Part shown: piece by piece, positions 13,020 to 27,308 of the stretch
How positions within the stretch are numbered: the first letter of the stretch is position 1
Layout: the number at the start of each line of letters is the position of its first letter
Source of the DNA: Sminthopsis crassicaudata
Lineage: Eukaryota
Assembly (NCBI RefSeq): GCF_048593235.1
Contig: NC_133617.1
Span: 74,980,937 to 75,044,936, forward strand
Reading direction: 5' to 3'
DNA: 64,000 bases
Program-made: the position numbers and the translations under genes
Notes under the pieces: model-generated
Seen by the model: the letters and a program-made list of their open reading frames with translations, nothing else
Database searches by the model: none
What the model was told of the DNA's origin: nothing

Positions 13020-14110
13020 ATCCATCAATCAATCAAACATACATTTCTTGTTTATGGTATTTTGTGCCTGAGATTCTGCTAAATAAATCCTGGTGATAAA
13101 AAGAAAAAAGAAAGATTGTCCTTGCCCTCAAGGAGCTTGCATTCCAAAAGGAGAGACAACATGAACAAGGTATATACAGAGTAGATGGAAGGCAGCATTA
13201 GCAGGTCAGAGGAAGACACAAAATGAACAGACCCAGGCCTTAATCTTGGGGGTGAAGGGTGGAGATAGGTGGAGATTAGACACAGAAAGCTTAACAGTAA
13301 CCCAAGACAATACATAATGATTGTTAAAAGTGTGCAAAACAAACTTTTTCTCTTTTTATATGTTTTAAGTTGCCTGCCTAATTGTGGTCAATTATTCACA
13401 TAGATTCCAAGTGCTACTGGAGTCGCCAGGATGGGGAGAATCTCAGTGGACTGGGGTGCAGGCTGTAGGGAGAATGGAGTAGAGATGGGTCTTGGAGGAT
13501 TAGGAGAGATATACATAGGGATAGAAGAAGAGGGAATATCATAAGCTAAAGTGCAAATCAAGGAGTGAACATACTCTCTGGGGTGGGTGGGTATTAGGAG
13601 TATGGGAATAAGTAGATTAGGGCTGGAGTCAATAGAGGGTGTTAGGGAAGAGTTGGAAAAAATTGTAGAATAAGACTAGAAAGGCCAAATGGGGTTAGAG
13701 GGAGAGGGAGCTTGAATGCTAAGCTATTCTGTGGTCAGTGGGGTACCATTGAAGTTTATAAGTGATGTGATCAGAGTTTTTCACTTTAGAAGGTCTAATC
13801 AAGCAGAATGGATTGGAAGGGCAGAGGAGGGGAAGGCTACTTAGGTGACTGTTATCCCAATAGAGGTTAGTAGACCTGAAGCCCAAACTAGGTTAGAGGC
13901 CATTGCTGGTGTTGAAGAGGAGACCAATATGAGCACTATTGTAGAGGAAGGATAAATCAAGTAAAAAAATTACAGAAGCTTAGCATTGAAAGAGATCTCA
14001 AAGACTACTTAACCCAACCCGAACCTAAACAAGAATATGCTCACCACAGACACTGAGCCTGGCATTAGGGATACAAAGACAAAATAGAATGATCCCTGTA
14101 CTCAAGAAGT
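13020..14110 (-). mobile_element. L2 LINE 3' fragments
   Basis: caatcaatcaaacatacattt..., cttgccctcaaggagcttgcattcc, gagccattgaag-like motifs; degenerate. Confidence 0.55.
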
Positions 14111-14249
14111 TTACATTGGGAAGAAACATGATAATCTCTCCTTCTGGGGCTCTTGTGACTCCTCTTTTGATTCTTTTCTTTACCTTTCCTGAGTCTTCAT
14201 TCAAATCATATCCACTAAGCAGCAAGTCTGTCTTGGACTTTGTCTTTCT

Positions 14250-14790
14250 TTATTTTCTCACTTAGAGATCTCATCAACTCCCATGAATTCAATTGTCATC
14301 TCTGTGGATGATTCACAGATCTATATATCTCTCTATCCCTGAGCCAAGGTCTTTTTCCTGAGCCCTAGTTCTACATTACCAACGGCTTACTGGACATTTC
14401 AAACTGGATGTCCCCAGTACATCTCAAGTTTAACATAGCTAAAACACAATTTATTATCTTTTCCCCAAAACCTTTACCATTTCTGAACTTCCTATCATTG
14501 TTGAAGGCATCTCAACATAATACTTCTAATCACTCAAGTTCAAAACTTGTCATCCTTGATTCCTCTCTCTTGTTCACCTTACATAGCTAATCAGTTTCAC
14601 TATATCTCTCATATATGCCTTCTGCTCTCATACTGCTGACACCCTAATTCAGGTCCTAATCACCTCTTGCTGGTCTGTTGCAATGGCCTTCTAAATGGCT
14701 TCCCCATTTCAAATTTCTCCTCATTCTTAACTCATTCTCTGTTCCACTGCCAAAATGATTTTCCTACAGTATGAATTCAGCCATGTTATT
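14250..14790 (+). mobile_element. L2 LINE fragment
   Basis: gatctcatcaactcccatgaattcaattgtcatctc...ctggacatttcaaactggatgtcc...catctcaagtttaacatagctaaaac. Confidence 0.7.
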
Positions 14791-16089
14791 CCCCCTGCCA
14801 GCCAATTTTTTTTTAGTCTGTTAAGATCTTTTTGGATCTTAATGGACCTACCTCCTTTTCTTAATATCCATGTTCATGATGATGTCTTTTGTAATTGCTT
14901 CTCACTCACAAAGAATCCCTATTAACATGCAACAACTTGCTAGCATCCAGCTTGCATCTTTCAAATACCCTTCAGATTGCCTGAAGTCTAAATTCTTCTG
15001 AAAGAATGGTGCCATACTCCATGAATCATAGTCATATAATATAACCAGGAAAATATTGGCATTAAAGAGAGTCCTTTAGGCAGAAAGAAGCTTGAAATCA
15101 CTGAGCATGCTTCAGAGTTTCCCATTTGTGATGTAGCACAAGTTCTTGTTTGCTTCTGGTTATAGCTCATCATCCATTAACAGGACCCATCCCAAAGCTA
15201 TGCAGTAATAGGCAAAGACAGAAGACTGCCCAACCAACAGTATGTCATTAATTTGACATTAAGCATTCTTTTTCTACTTGTTTTTCCTCTGAGAATTTCT
15301 CCCCAAACTTTTTTGAGTTCTCATTAAGGAAACTAGATCTAGTGTTTGGGGGGGTCTGACAGAGTCAGCACAGTGTCATTTATAAACAATATCTGGAGTA
15401 CCTCATCACAAATAGGGAATCCCTCCTTCACTGGTACTCTCAACAGGACATTCTCCATGACTGGTGAACATGTTAGGTGAGTAAGAAACATCTCACTAGT
15501 CTGTTCCCTGCTTAAAGTAAATATTTAAATGATTGTTTGACTAAAACTCAGCAATCTCATTTGTCAGATTTTTAATATATGCATGGTTGATAATTTACTG
15601 GTAAAAAATCTTTAAATCTAAATGTTCCTCTCCTGAATGATATGCTTTTAAAAATAATAACAATTAAGAAACACAATGGGACTCTATATTCTCTAAACTC
15701 AATCTTACCACATTAAGAAAAATCACTATATTTGTGTTAACATTTTTCAAAATTTGCAAATAGATGATACATTTTATCAAAGCCTTTTTTTTTATGGTTT
15801 TTATTATAGCTAAGACTTATTATAGTGATTTTTTCCTACTTTTTAATATATGTTCTTCTTATAAGAGCCACTTTAGTTATAAACAAATTTTGATATGTTG
15901 TTTAATTTAATTTGTTATTATTTTGTCTAATCTGTTTGTGTCAGTCCACAAAGTCCTATTTCAGTGCCTCACAGTGGCACAGAGATGATGTTACATTCTC
16001 AAAGATTTTACCAGAAAAACATAAACCTTTTAGCAGGTTCGACCATGCTGACAAAGGTATTAAGTATGGTCCTGGCAACAATGTATGTC

Positions 16090-16960
16090 TGTTTTGTGGA
16101 ACCCAATCTGGCTAAGTACAGAGAAGCTCATCACTAGTAGGTTGGCCATTAAATGATGAATTATTTGGTCATAGTAAAAAAATGCAAAATGGCCCTCAGC
16201 TCTATGTGGCTACCTTATCTTCTGGAGTGATAGAGGCAGGTGCTGGTAAGAATCATAAAGCTTTTATGGCATCTATAAACAATGACTTAGTTGTTGGCAT
16301 TCTAAATATGTGACTCCTGATCAAATGGGGAAACAAAAAATAACCCCCACCATAAAGAGCTATTATGATAATAAGGACACTTACCTAGATGAAGAAAATG
16401 ATTTCGAAATTTCTACAGGCAAAGCCTCAGAGAAAAACACAGCTTGGGTACAAGTCCTAGAATTCCTGGAAGAAATGAAGCAAGATTTTTAAAAGATTTT
16501 ATAAATGAAATGAGAGTGTTGGAGAAAAGAACTGAAAAAGAAATAAGTGCTATGGGAGAAAGGCATGGAAAAAAAGAATTATCAACTTAATATAAGTGGT
16601 AAAAAATCTTATTCAGATTATAAATTCCTTGAAAATTGTAATGGCCAAAGAGAAATAAGTGACTTTATGAAGCAGCAAAAAATATTAAAAACAAAATCAA
16701 AAGATTTTAAAAATAGAAGAAAATATATATCATATTAAAAACAACTGATCTAGGAAATAGATCAAGTTAAAACAGCTTAAGAATCACTGGACTATATGAA
16801 AGTCATGATCAAAAGAAGAATCTAGATTTTAAGAAGTCATGGGAGTAAGTAGTCTACACATATTAGAACAGGGAGATAAAGTAAAAGTAGAAATAACCAC
16901 CAATCATTTCCTGAAGGAAACCTCAAAATTCAAACTCTGGGAAACATTAAAGCCAAAATC
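16090..16960 (+). mobile_element. Degenerate LINE-1 5' region / ORF1
   Basis: ORF-track peptide ...KITPTIKSYYDNKDTYLDEENDFEISTGKASEKNTAWVQVLEFLEEMKQDF resembles the marsupial L1 ORF1p N-terminus; downstream NRSS..LRITGLYESHDQK-like text. Confidence 0.75.
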
Positions 16961-17389
16961 TAGCACTTCAAAGTCAAGATTAGAACTAATCAGAATTTCA
17001 CTTCCTTTTAATGTTGATGTCATTCGTATTATTTTAGTAATTGTAAATAGATATTAAATATTTATTAAGGAATTACTATGTGCAATGTCCTCAAGTAGCC
17101 TGCAATCTAATGAGAGAGGATACTACACAAAAGGAAGTGGGGAGGGTGGGCATGAAAAGAGAAGTTATTTTGTTTGGAGGATGGGATGGAGATGGTGAAA
17201 AGAGAATTGCAGCACGGTGGGGAAATGAAGAGATGTTTGTCCTGTAGTAATTGTCAATAGACAATATTTATTAAGTACTTACTATGAGCCCAAGCAATGT
17301 GCTCAAGGAGTTTGCTAAAGGAAGGGGGGAGGGTATGAATGAAGAGGAATTTTTTTTCTCTGAATTCCTCATATTCATAATTTTTTAAC

Positions 17390-17700
17390 GCGTAATCCTG
17401 TTCCATTATATGAAATAGATTATATTTTAATTGACAGGAACAATGCCTGTCTCACACGGGCTAAACTAATTCTTTATTAAAGAAATCATACTCAAAAGAT
17501 TTACCTGATACAGGAGACTAAGACTCCCCACCCACATGCACAAGGAGTTTGGGATTCCTCAAATTTGGCACGCTTCTTACTGACATGTGGGTCAGGGAGG
17601 TTATATCCATCTGAACCAACACTACATTCTTGCCAAATATTCTTTTCACACTCTTGTTAATTAAACTTATTGTTAAGTCTTAAATGATCTGGGAGTATCT
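17390..17700 (-). mobile_element. Possible LTR fragment
   Basis: Minus-strand AATAAA (plus-strand ctttatt) and TATA-like (gttatat) in LTR-like order; ends and TSD not resolved. Confidence 0.3.
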
Positions 17701-18559
17701 AATTTTGTTCTATTTCTATTCTGAACCATCTGAACAGACCTATCCAAAACAAAGTCACTGATTTTGTAATTTCTGAATCAGCCATCTGTGTAGTCATACT
17801 GACTCATTAAAACCAAGCTCAAACTTAAGGTTAACTTAAAGAAATAATAGAAATGAGAAAAAAGATTTAACCCCCAATTGTGGCAACCCTAGTCACACCT
17901 ATTTAAACAAGTAGCTAACACTAAAATGAAAAAAGTAATGGCAATTAGAACAGACTTCCATTTCCCAAGGAAGCTTAATCAATATAAATAACTCAATTGC
18001 CATATAACAGAGAACAATATATTCTTCACAAATTATTTCCCAAGTACATGGTAAATTCAAAGATTCACATGAATAAGCTTATTTGAAAGACATAACATCA
18101 TTTTGTATGGCAGCCCTTTGGTTATTAATATCAAGAGAGACATAAGTGAGGTAGACATATGCTTACCCAAGATATTTGTCATTGTCCAGAGAATATCAAG
18201 CAAAATCCTCTAAAATGCTCCTATTTTTGAATGACATTATGCTGATAGCATCTAACCCAGAAATCTCTCTTAACTGAGATCCATAATTAACCAAAAGACT
18301 TTGATCAAACTGTGCAGGAAAAACCAAATAGATGAACATTAACTTTTGTACATACAGTTGTACATAAAACATATAGGCAATTGGATGGGCAACCTATAGA
18401 TCTGATTATTCAGAAAGTTTTGTGTGTATACATGCTCACACACATGCATGTATATGTGAATATTGGACAGACTCTGAGAATGGACAAATATTTGGGTCCA
18501 GAGTTAAAAAGAGAAAGAAACTAAGCTGGATTTTCTTTGGGAAATGATTCAGAACTTTT

Positions 18560-18830
18560 AATGCATCAATGCTTCTCCTTGAAATAAAAGGCAAACTCTC
18601 TTTAACACTAATGTTCTGACATTGTATGGATTTGAGTCATGAACTATCAAAGTCTCAGAAGAAAGTTGAGAATGATGGTGAATAAAGAATCACATGAATA
18701 CAGTACAGATCAAAAACTGCTTAAGAGAGTGGGAAAAAGGGAGTAAATGTGACCAGAAAGGTTGGCGCATCTGTAGGGAAAGAGATATGGCAGATAGATT
18801 GGTTTCAGTGGTGTCCATATACTGATCTGG
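18560..18830 (+). mobile_element. Old RTE-clade LINE fragment
   Basis: aatgttctgacattgtatggatttgagtcatgaac...ggttggcgcatctgtag...tttcagtggtgtcc resembles the RTE RT C-terminus. Confidence 0.45.
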
Positions 18831-18849
18831 AGAAAAATCCTTACTGAGC

Positions 18850-19200
18850 ATGTTAAGTGGACTTTTTTGTGGAGATTTCTTAATTAAAGTTCTCAGTGAT
18901 TCTTCAAAGATTCCTCAATTTAGTTTATCCCCTTCCTGTTTTGTGTTTATAAATATTCTTCTTTCACTTCTCAAATTTATTAGCATAAAAAGTTAACATA
19001 ATCTATGTTAATTTTCTTAATTTCTTTTACATCATTGTGATCTTTGTTTCCTCATTTCTAATTTTGATCACTTGAGTTCTCTCTTTTTCTGATTACTAAA
19101 TACTTGTAAATTTATTGATCTTATTAAAAACAGTTCCTAACAAATTTCAATTGTTCTTTCTTATTACGTTATAAAGATATACAAATGCTCTTTCAGATAT
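18850..19200 (-). mobile_element. LINE-1 ORF2 fragment (antisense)
   Basis: ttcctcaatttagtttatcccc...ttattagcataaaagtt...ctcatttctaattttga. Confidence 0.55.
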
Positions 19201-19453
19201 TTGAGTGGCCTACTTTGTATCTTGTTAAGAATATTTGAAAGCTTCATTTGTACCTAGTAAGTTCCCAGATTTTTGAAAGGTCCAGTTGTCAGGTGCTGTT
19301 CGAGGGTTCAGGAACTCATGAAAGGGTCAGAAAACCAAAAAAGTGGGGGAGGGGTTGTTCTGATGACTTTTCTTTGCCTATTTTCTGTGAGCAAATGGAA
19401 AAGTATGAGTTGAAAAGAAAAAGAGATGGGCCTGCTGAGCCTAGCTTTGGAAT

Positions 19454-19480
19454 AAACAATAACAACAATAACAACAATAG
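19454..19480. repeat. (AAC/AAT)n short repeat at the head of a MIR-type SINE
   Basis: aacaataacaacaataacaacaatag. Confidence 0.7.
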
Positions 19481-20319
19481 TAATAGCTAGCATTTATATA
19501 ATGCCTACTATGTATCAGGGGCTTTACAAGCATCTCATTTTATCCTCTCAACAGTCATGATAGCTGCTGTTATTTATTTCTGTTTTACATTTGAAGAAAC
19601 TGAAGCAAACAGAAATAAAGTGGCTTGCCCAAAGCCACATGGCCTAGTAAGTGTCTGAGGCAAAATTTTAATTAAGATCTTCTGTACCATCCAACTGCCT
19701 TTTAATTTGTAAGATAAAGGAAATGGATAAAAGGTTCAGCATCTGAATCTGGAGTCCAGTTTAGGGGATAGTAGAGCCCAGAGCCAAGACTCCTGCTGGT
19801 CTTAATGTACTAGGTTCTTTTTCAGTGTGAATAGTAGTGCCCTAAGCCAGGGTGTCAATTGAGCTCAAAGAGTGAGATAGTAGTGGTGCAGTGAAAAGGC
19901 TTCCTTCAGAGACTGTGAGACCAAAGTCAGCAAGAGTGGGAAGACCTCAGAGGCTTTACAGCCAAAGAACATGTGACACAAGTTAGTTGTTCCTTTCAAA
20001 GGTGCCTTGGCCACATGTGTCCCCTACAAGTATTCCCAACTTGCAAACTCTAAACATCCACTTTTCCCTTGGACACTGTGTATTTTATGGCAGAATGAAC
20101 CCCAGGTTCATGAGGAAGACATTGCATTACTACTATCTTTTACTACAAAATTTCAATAAATTCCTTTGTATTATGTTGAATATGTCCTCTAGTTAACTAG
20201 AGTAAAAATAATAACATTGGTGGGGAGAGTAATAGATTTTTGGAAGTATAGGCTCATATAGTATCTTGAACCTGGAAGTAATTATTTCCCAGGAAACTGG
20301 ACCATCAAAAATGAGTTGG

Positions 20320-20500
20320 GAGCAGGGATAAATGTTTAACAACTAATTATCAAAAATAAAAGTATACCCAATATTTTAAAGTTCGATCTGCACTATTATT
20401 TTTTCGCTTTCTTGAGCATAGACAATCAAGAATAAATCAAACTTTGATTTGTACCCTTTGTTGATTTCTAATGTGTAAATTATACTGAAGTTTTCAGGAA
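20320..20500. mobile_element. Probable non-autonomous DNA transposon (hAT-like MITE) fragment
   Basis: taaatgtttaacaac...aaagttcgatctgcactatt...tagacaatcaa...aataaatcaa...tgatttgta resembles a recalled marsupial hAT-type element; TIRs not resolved. Confidence 0.4.
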
Positions 20501-23500
20501 CTCCTATTATTCCCATTTTACAGATGAGTAGACTAAGGCAAATAGAAGCTAAATGATTTGCCCAAGATCAAGTCCAGTGCTTTATCAACTGTCTCAATCA
20601 GCTGCTTCTATCATTCTCTCTTTTTCATTTGGCTTTGACCCTTATTTCCTGTTAATTGTTGACAGAAAAATAGTCTTTCTTCCTTTTAAAAGATATACTC
20701 CTCTGCTCTCAAACTGATAACCAAGAAAGCTCAAGTTGATGGTCAATAGGTATTTTTTAAAATAATAGCTTCAAAAACCTTAAAGAATAAAATTGAAGGA
20801 AAGCAATTTGCCTAAATTCCAGAAGCACTGGGCCATAACCAATGACCTTACAAATTGGCTTTTATCCCTACCTTTCTTCTCCTTTCCCTTCACTGACAGG
20901 AAGCAAAGTTACTTTTCTCTCCTCCCTTTTTCTTTTACTCTTAATTATTGCTACTGCTGATAGTGATGATGATGGATGATGATAATGGTGGTGGTAGTCG
21001 AGCTAGTGGTTAGGGATACTCTAGATTAGTTCAGACTGATAAGCAAAAGGCAGCTCACCTAGTGGGAATAGAGAAAAGGGAAAATCAAAGGGTTAAGGAC
21101 AAGGTGGTATGTCCATCTTACCAGTCCTTGTAATCTGTTGGCTTCAATCACACCTAGGATTATTTGGACCACCTCATTCCTCATTCTGTTGTCATCCAGA
21201 CCTCCTTTGAGTCTATCTAATGGATGATGGCCAGCAGGAGTGATTTAGCCTTCTGATCAGATAATCTAGGTTTCAGTTGGGGTTCTGTTCAGATCCTAGG
21301 TGTCTCCAACATGATTTCAACTCCTTAGAAGTCAGTCAAATTCAAAATAACAAGCATTTGGGGGAGCTTTATGTAATGACTGTCCAACCATAAGACAGGC
21401 AGTTCTGATTCTTTGCTACCATAGTAATGTCTCTGGGAAAGTACAAGTTCAGAGTTAAGCTTTTTAAAATTTTCCATTTTTGTTGAATATTTTGTTTTTA
21501 TATCACCTTCATCTCTTAATTATTATTCCCCTCCCCAAGAGAAAAAAGAAAGGGGGGAAAGCATCTCAGGAAAAATTGAAGTATGTTAATCAAGTTTAAT
21601 AAATTTTGTACAATGTCTTTTTGAAGAGGGTGGGGGTTGATTATAAAATATAAAATTATTTTATTGCTTCCAATGTATGTGTGCAAGAACAAATTAGATA
21701 TAAATTACAAACCTGCCAGGCAATACTCAGATGTCTAGATTTAGATAAGCAAATTAATTTACCTAGAATATAATATTTCTTTTCAAAACCATTGTTAAAA
21801 GTAGGTCATGACTAAATATAGAACTCGGAGGGAAAAATGCTACATCTTCAATTCAGTCTTACAAATGATCCTTCAAGTAATACTACATTTTGTTTCAAAC
21901 TGCAGTCCAATTCTCTGAACTTGTCACTTATAATACCCTATCACAGAATGTATCAAGAGGAGAAAAGAGACATTAGTATTGTAGCAAATATGCTCTGGTC
22001 TCAGTCTCTCAGGCAGGCTACACTATCTCTTTCCTTCAGGATTTGAAGGGTAACATTGAAGACTTGGGAGCCTCTTATTTGTTATCGCTGTTGCTCCCCC
22101 ATTCTGGGTGTGTTACCCCACTGTTAAACACTGTGGTATAGTACCCCAGTTCCATGTAACCAATTAGCTTTTACAAAGGGATATTCAAAAATATGGGAAA
22201 AAATAGAAATAGACCTTTCCCCCTCCTCAGTTTCTAAGGAGAGTAGAGTATCAACTCCGATTTAACACAGTTAATACATAGAACCAATTTCCCCAAATCA
22301 TATCCAAATGCAGTTTCATTGCTAGACTGGCTATTTAAGGTCATTCACCAGGGTGCTGATACTTCACTGGTTGCAAAATCTGTCATGGATTTGACCCCCA
22401 GACTCCTGGATGGCTTGGTGTCTTGACCCTTCAAACTCACAAAGTCATATCTTCTAACTTCACCTAAAACAAGAGAAAAAATGCCAAGGCAAAGAGCCCA
22501 TGTAGCCTCAGAGGAAGAGGATCCTGGGTTTCCCTCCGTGCATTTTCTCTTGGTAGAAGTTATAAGTGAAGGAGTCTTAACTAAGAGAAAAATCCAACAG
22601 AGAGACCAAATCCAACTAATGCCTTTTGAAAGCATCCCAAGTATAGTGAATTAAAGGGACTGTTACTCAACATGTGCTTGATCCATAAGGCCAACATATT
22701 TCTAAATCTCTCCACAGCACTTCTGTTACATGTTATCATAACTCACCTGGCGATAGTCTATCTGACCTCTTCCTGACATGATCAGTCAGTCGATAAACAT
22801 TAAGAGGCAGGCATTAAGAAAACAAAAGGAGTTGAAAAATATTCCTGTCTTCAGGAAGCTCACAATCTAATTCCTTGAGGACTTGCCTTAGCTGAACATA
22901 TTGATGTATGCCCATAAAAACTGGGCCCCCTAGCCAATCCCACATTATACATCTGTATAGATATAAAATGAGGACTTTAGTTTCTTTTAACACTCACACC
23001 CAAAGTCTAAAAATAATCATCCACTTCAGAAGAAAATTCTTCACAATAGAATAATGAACTGATGTGAGCTAATAATATTAAAAAATAACCACTAGCTTAA
23101 GGCTCAATTTATTCTCATATTAAAACTTTTAAAAGGCATGGAATATCTAATACTAAGTTTAAGTAATAAGAGTTCAGAAAATGATTAAGGAAAAATTGAA
23201 ATACTGTTAATTGTACATATGCTACATATGTCCTTAATAATTTAGCTAGTAATTATCTGTTTTAATTTGTGTCATTTGGATGTCAGGGAACTAATATTGA
23301 ACTGGTTAAGATTTATTGATCTTGAAAACTTCAAACTTTATGCACATAATTAGATTTTTGGCAAAGTGCTATTGTGGAGATAGGTTTACCAAGGCTCAGT
23401 TCTGTGACCCAGGCTGTTGAGTTCTCCAGAGCAGCATCTTTTCCTCTAGATTTTATATTGATGGAAGTTAATTTTTTCAGTGGATGTCATAAAACACTAA

Positions 23501-24389
23501 TTTAGTTTCTCTGATGCGGATGCACAGTTTCCATGAATTGGCAACCTCATACTTAAACTAAAGTTCTATTTTTTGTAATAAAAAATTCCTTTTCTGACTT
23601 TAGAGCTACTTTAGTCTACTGGATGAATGGAACTCATTCATATCACTTCACTTTGACAAACCCATTCCTCAATGATCTGGTATTCCTGCCAGGTGCTGTG
23701 CAGTAGCCAAATCAGCTTCATTGCTACTGCCACTGCCACTTTGGATGGGGTCAGGTCAGATCTGCTGGTTGTGTGGCCCAGCATATGTGATGTTCCAAAC
23801 CCCAAATCCCCAATCTCCAGAAGAAAGGTTGGCACATTTTTTTCATCCCTCATGCAGCACCAAATTTAAAGGTATTGCTTGAGCTGTGTTTTGAAAGAAG
23901 GGATTCTGAAGAGGTAAGACGTATATTTCAGACATAGGGAGTGGGAAGATATAATGTAATCAAATGTAATGCAAAAGGCATAGAACTGGACTGTTGGGTA
24001 AAGTCCTGAGAGAAAGCTAGTTTGGATGAAGTGTGGGAAGGAGAGGAATGTATCTCAAGACTGAAAAGATGAGATGGAGACCCTTTATAAAGGACCAAAC
24101 AGAAGAGTTTTTATATTATCCTACAAGAAATAGGGAGCTACTGAAGTTGATTGAGTAAGGGAATAACATAGTCACATCTACATTAAAAAAAAAAAAAACA
24201 CACCTCTTTGGCAACAGTTGGCAAACTATGCTGCAGAATAGGCCAAAACAATGGGAGACTTGTTGCAAAGAAACCAATTAGAAGGTTATTGCAATAAGGT
24301 GGCAGCTATATAAATTAAGAAGTCATGGGCAAGTGATGTTAGGAAGTTAAAAGGTATGATTTAGACAGAAAGGATAATACCATAAGCAA

Positions 24390-24650
24390 ATTAGGAGAGC
24401 GAGGAATAGAGCTTGGATCTATGGAGAAGGGCAGACTTTATGACTAAACAAGAGATAGAGAACATTATGAAATTCAAAATGGATAACCTTGATTGCATTA
24501 AATTTAAAAGGTTTTCAACAAATAAAATCAATGCAACAAAGATTAGAAAGAAAGAAGGAAACTGGGGAAAAGCTTTACAGAAACTTTCTTGCTGTAGATA
24601 TATAGAGAATTGAGTCAAATTTATAAAAGAAAAAAATAGTCTACAGGACA
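24390..24650 (+). mobile_element. LINE-1 ORF2 fragment
   Basis: FMTKQEIENIMKFKMDNLDCIKFKRFSTNKINATKIRK matches L1 ORF2p. Confidence 0.85.
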
Positions 24651-24759
24651 TGTACAGTTAGATAGTTGGAAATATGAGAATGGAAGTCAACAGAGAATTT
24701 AGGGCTATGTTTGAAAAACTCCAAAGGAAAGTATGGGAAAGAAGTATTAGGCTGCCTAT

Positions 24760-25410
24760 CAAAGTGAGGGTCTACAGAGATATGGTGCTGATCTCATTGC
24801 TGTATGCCTGTGAAACCTAGACAATATATCAGATCCACATCAGAAAATTAAATTGCTTCCAGTTGAATTATCTTAGGGAGATTCTGAAGATCACCTGGCA
24901 AGATAAGGTACTATATTTCTGAAGTCCTTTCTCAAGCTGAACTGCCAACCATTCAAACTTTACTGGAGAAAGTGCAATTTTGATGGGCTAGCCACATTGT
25001 TCAAATGTCAAATATGCACTTGCCTAAAACACTTTTATAAGAACTCACATAGGGCAGGGGCTCACATGGTGGTTAGAAGAAGTAATACAAAGATACCCTC
25101 AAGGTCGTTCTGAAGAACTTTGAATTATGAGACATGGGAGACACTGGCACAAGATCATCCAACATGACTTGCTTGAATCAAAGAAGGCTCTAAGCTTTGA
25201 ACAAAGCAGAATCACAGTGGCACAAAAGAAACATGAGATATGCAAACTTAGAGATATCTCTTTCGAAAAAGATGATACAGACTATTTGTGTCCGACCTCT
25301 GGTAGAACCTTCTGAGTTCATATGGGTCTAATCAGCCACAGTTGGATACACTGTACATTGACCCCAACATTGTAGTGTCACTTTGTTGTTCTTTAAGCAT
25401 GAAGGACAAA
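24760..25410 (+). mobile_element. RTE LINE 3' fragment
   Basis: gtatgcctgtgaaacct...gattctgaagatcacctggca...cagccacagttggatacactg. Confidence 0.85.
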
Positions 25411-25619
25411 TAGCAACTTATTTGTCCCATAGGTTTTAAACTTGCCTTGCCTTGCCTTGCCTACTACTCTTTTATTCCTTAATCCTGCTCTTTCTCCTAT
25501 TAACTTCTCTCACAAAAGCCTAAAGTAGAATCTCCTTTATGGCCCTCAATTTATCTCAAATTTCTTATCTCGTCCCTACTCAGACAACTTTCTTCCATAG
25601 GATTTGATAGAAGAACCTG

Positions 25620-26450
25620 TTCCATCTGAATTTCATCTTCTTTGATTAGGCCCAGTGTTTTAACCTTTTAAAATTTTCTCAGAGACTGACTTTGTCACTG
25701 TGGATGTTAACTTTCCCTCTTAATGTGATATCATTTGAAAATTTAGTAAAATTGAACCACCTTCTCAGTCATTAGCAAACATCTTGAAGAGCACATGTTC
25801 TCCACTAGAGACCTTCCAAGCTGACATTGAATCATTGATGACTACTCTCTGGATCCTGTTATTCAACTAGTTGCAAACTCACTTAACTATATTAGCCTAT
25901 TTTTTCTCTATAATAATGCAATGGAAAATAAGTCATAAATGTGGAGGCTAGGAATACTATGTGTTTGGCATTTATCTCATTGACTAATATAAACCTATCA
26001 AAAAAAAAAGAAATTAATTTAGTCTGGTACATCTTGTTCTTGATGAAATCATGCTAGATCTTTAATGATCATTGCTTTTCTTTGCAAATAATCACAAACT
26101 AGCCTTTTAATAATATTTCCCAATATTTTGCAAAAAAATGAAAGCAAGCTCATCATCATCAGTCTATAGTTTGAAGAATCTCCCATTTCCATTTTGAAAG
26201 TCAGAACATTTGCCCTTCTCCAGTCCTGTAGCTGTAGCAACTTTTCCATTCTCCTGTTTCTCAAAATTCACTGACAGAAGTTCAACAATCATATCTTCCA
26301 GCACCACAGATAAAATTTGCCTGGGCTTGGCAGCTATCCATTTCTATTGTTTCAATTTTCTGTTGATTGTACTCTCTCCACATGAAGATCATTCTGGTTG
26401 GCAAAGAGAAGAAAATAACCATTGGCTTGTTTTACATTTTCTTCATTGTC
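25620..26450 (-). mobile_element. CR1/L3 LINE RT fragment
   Basis: Minus ORF QDWRRANVLTFK...SSNYRL...LSFFCKILGNIIKR matches the CR1 motif DWRRANVVPIFKKG...NYRPVSLTS.PGKILE.IIK. Confidence 0.85.
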
Positions 26451-26504
26451 TGTGACTAGACAAGGAAAGTTTCAGGGTTAAGAATCACAAATGTCACATT
26501 TTAG

Positions 26505-26613
26505 GCCATCAAAGATGCTGAGACTCTGGTGGATGAGTTGCGGCTAGCAGCAGAGAAAGCAGAAGAGAAGCTGGCACTGGCTCGATTGGAGCTGAGAGAG
26601 CAGACCCAAGAGG
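26505..26613 (+). CDS. IQANK1: IQANK1 exon (AIKDAETLVDELRLAAEKAEEKLALARLELREQTQE)
   Basis: cattttag acceptor, gtgggt donor; phase 0 to 1; follows a 14-kb intron. Confidence 0.92.
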
Positions 26614-26811
26614 GTGGGTACCTGGGCCTCAAGCTACTAGGAGCCTTGCACACTTGGGTTCACAGGACCTGGCTGAGCTGGGGCCCTTTGGCACTCCCAC
26701 TGACCCATCAAAAAGGGGATCGGGGACCTTTGGAGGGAATGTTGGCATTCTGGGGGAAGTGGAGGGTGTTGGGACAAGGCCTTTGGGTCTCTGTTCTAAT
26801 TATTCCCACAG

Positions 26812-26905
26812 AGGAGGGAGAGCTACCCGGGCTGAAGTGTTCAGTGGCTGAACTTCATGATGTATTGCTCAAGGATGTGGGTGATCGAATTCAGGCCGAT
26901 GGGCG
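26812..26905 (+). CDS. IQANK1: IQANK1 exon (EEGELPGLKCSVAELHDVLLKDVGDRIQADGR)
   Basis: cccacag acceptor, gtcagt donor; phase 1 to 2; matches recalled human PGLKCQVTELHDVLMKDVG.RIRADGR. Confidence 0.92.
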
Positions 26906-27050
26906 GTCAGTGCAAAGTGGACAATGAGCCTTGGGGTACTGGGATAATCAGAAGGGCTTGGGGAGTTGGGAAATTATTTTAACTGAAGGGAGGTTAGTGT
27001 GACTTGGTGATAGGGGTGGAGAGTGAGGAAAATATCCATCAAGGTCATAG

Positions 27051-27308
<258 letters not shown>

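Noticed and set aside
23455-23520. Possible C/D-box snoRNA (tgatgg...ctga)
   Set aside because: Box C is non-consensus, there is no terminal stem, and I recognise no guide.
26529-26927. 132-aa single ORF
   Set aside because: It reads through a 198-nt intron; only the two spliced exons match IQANK1.
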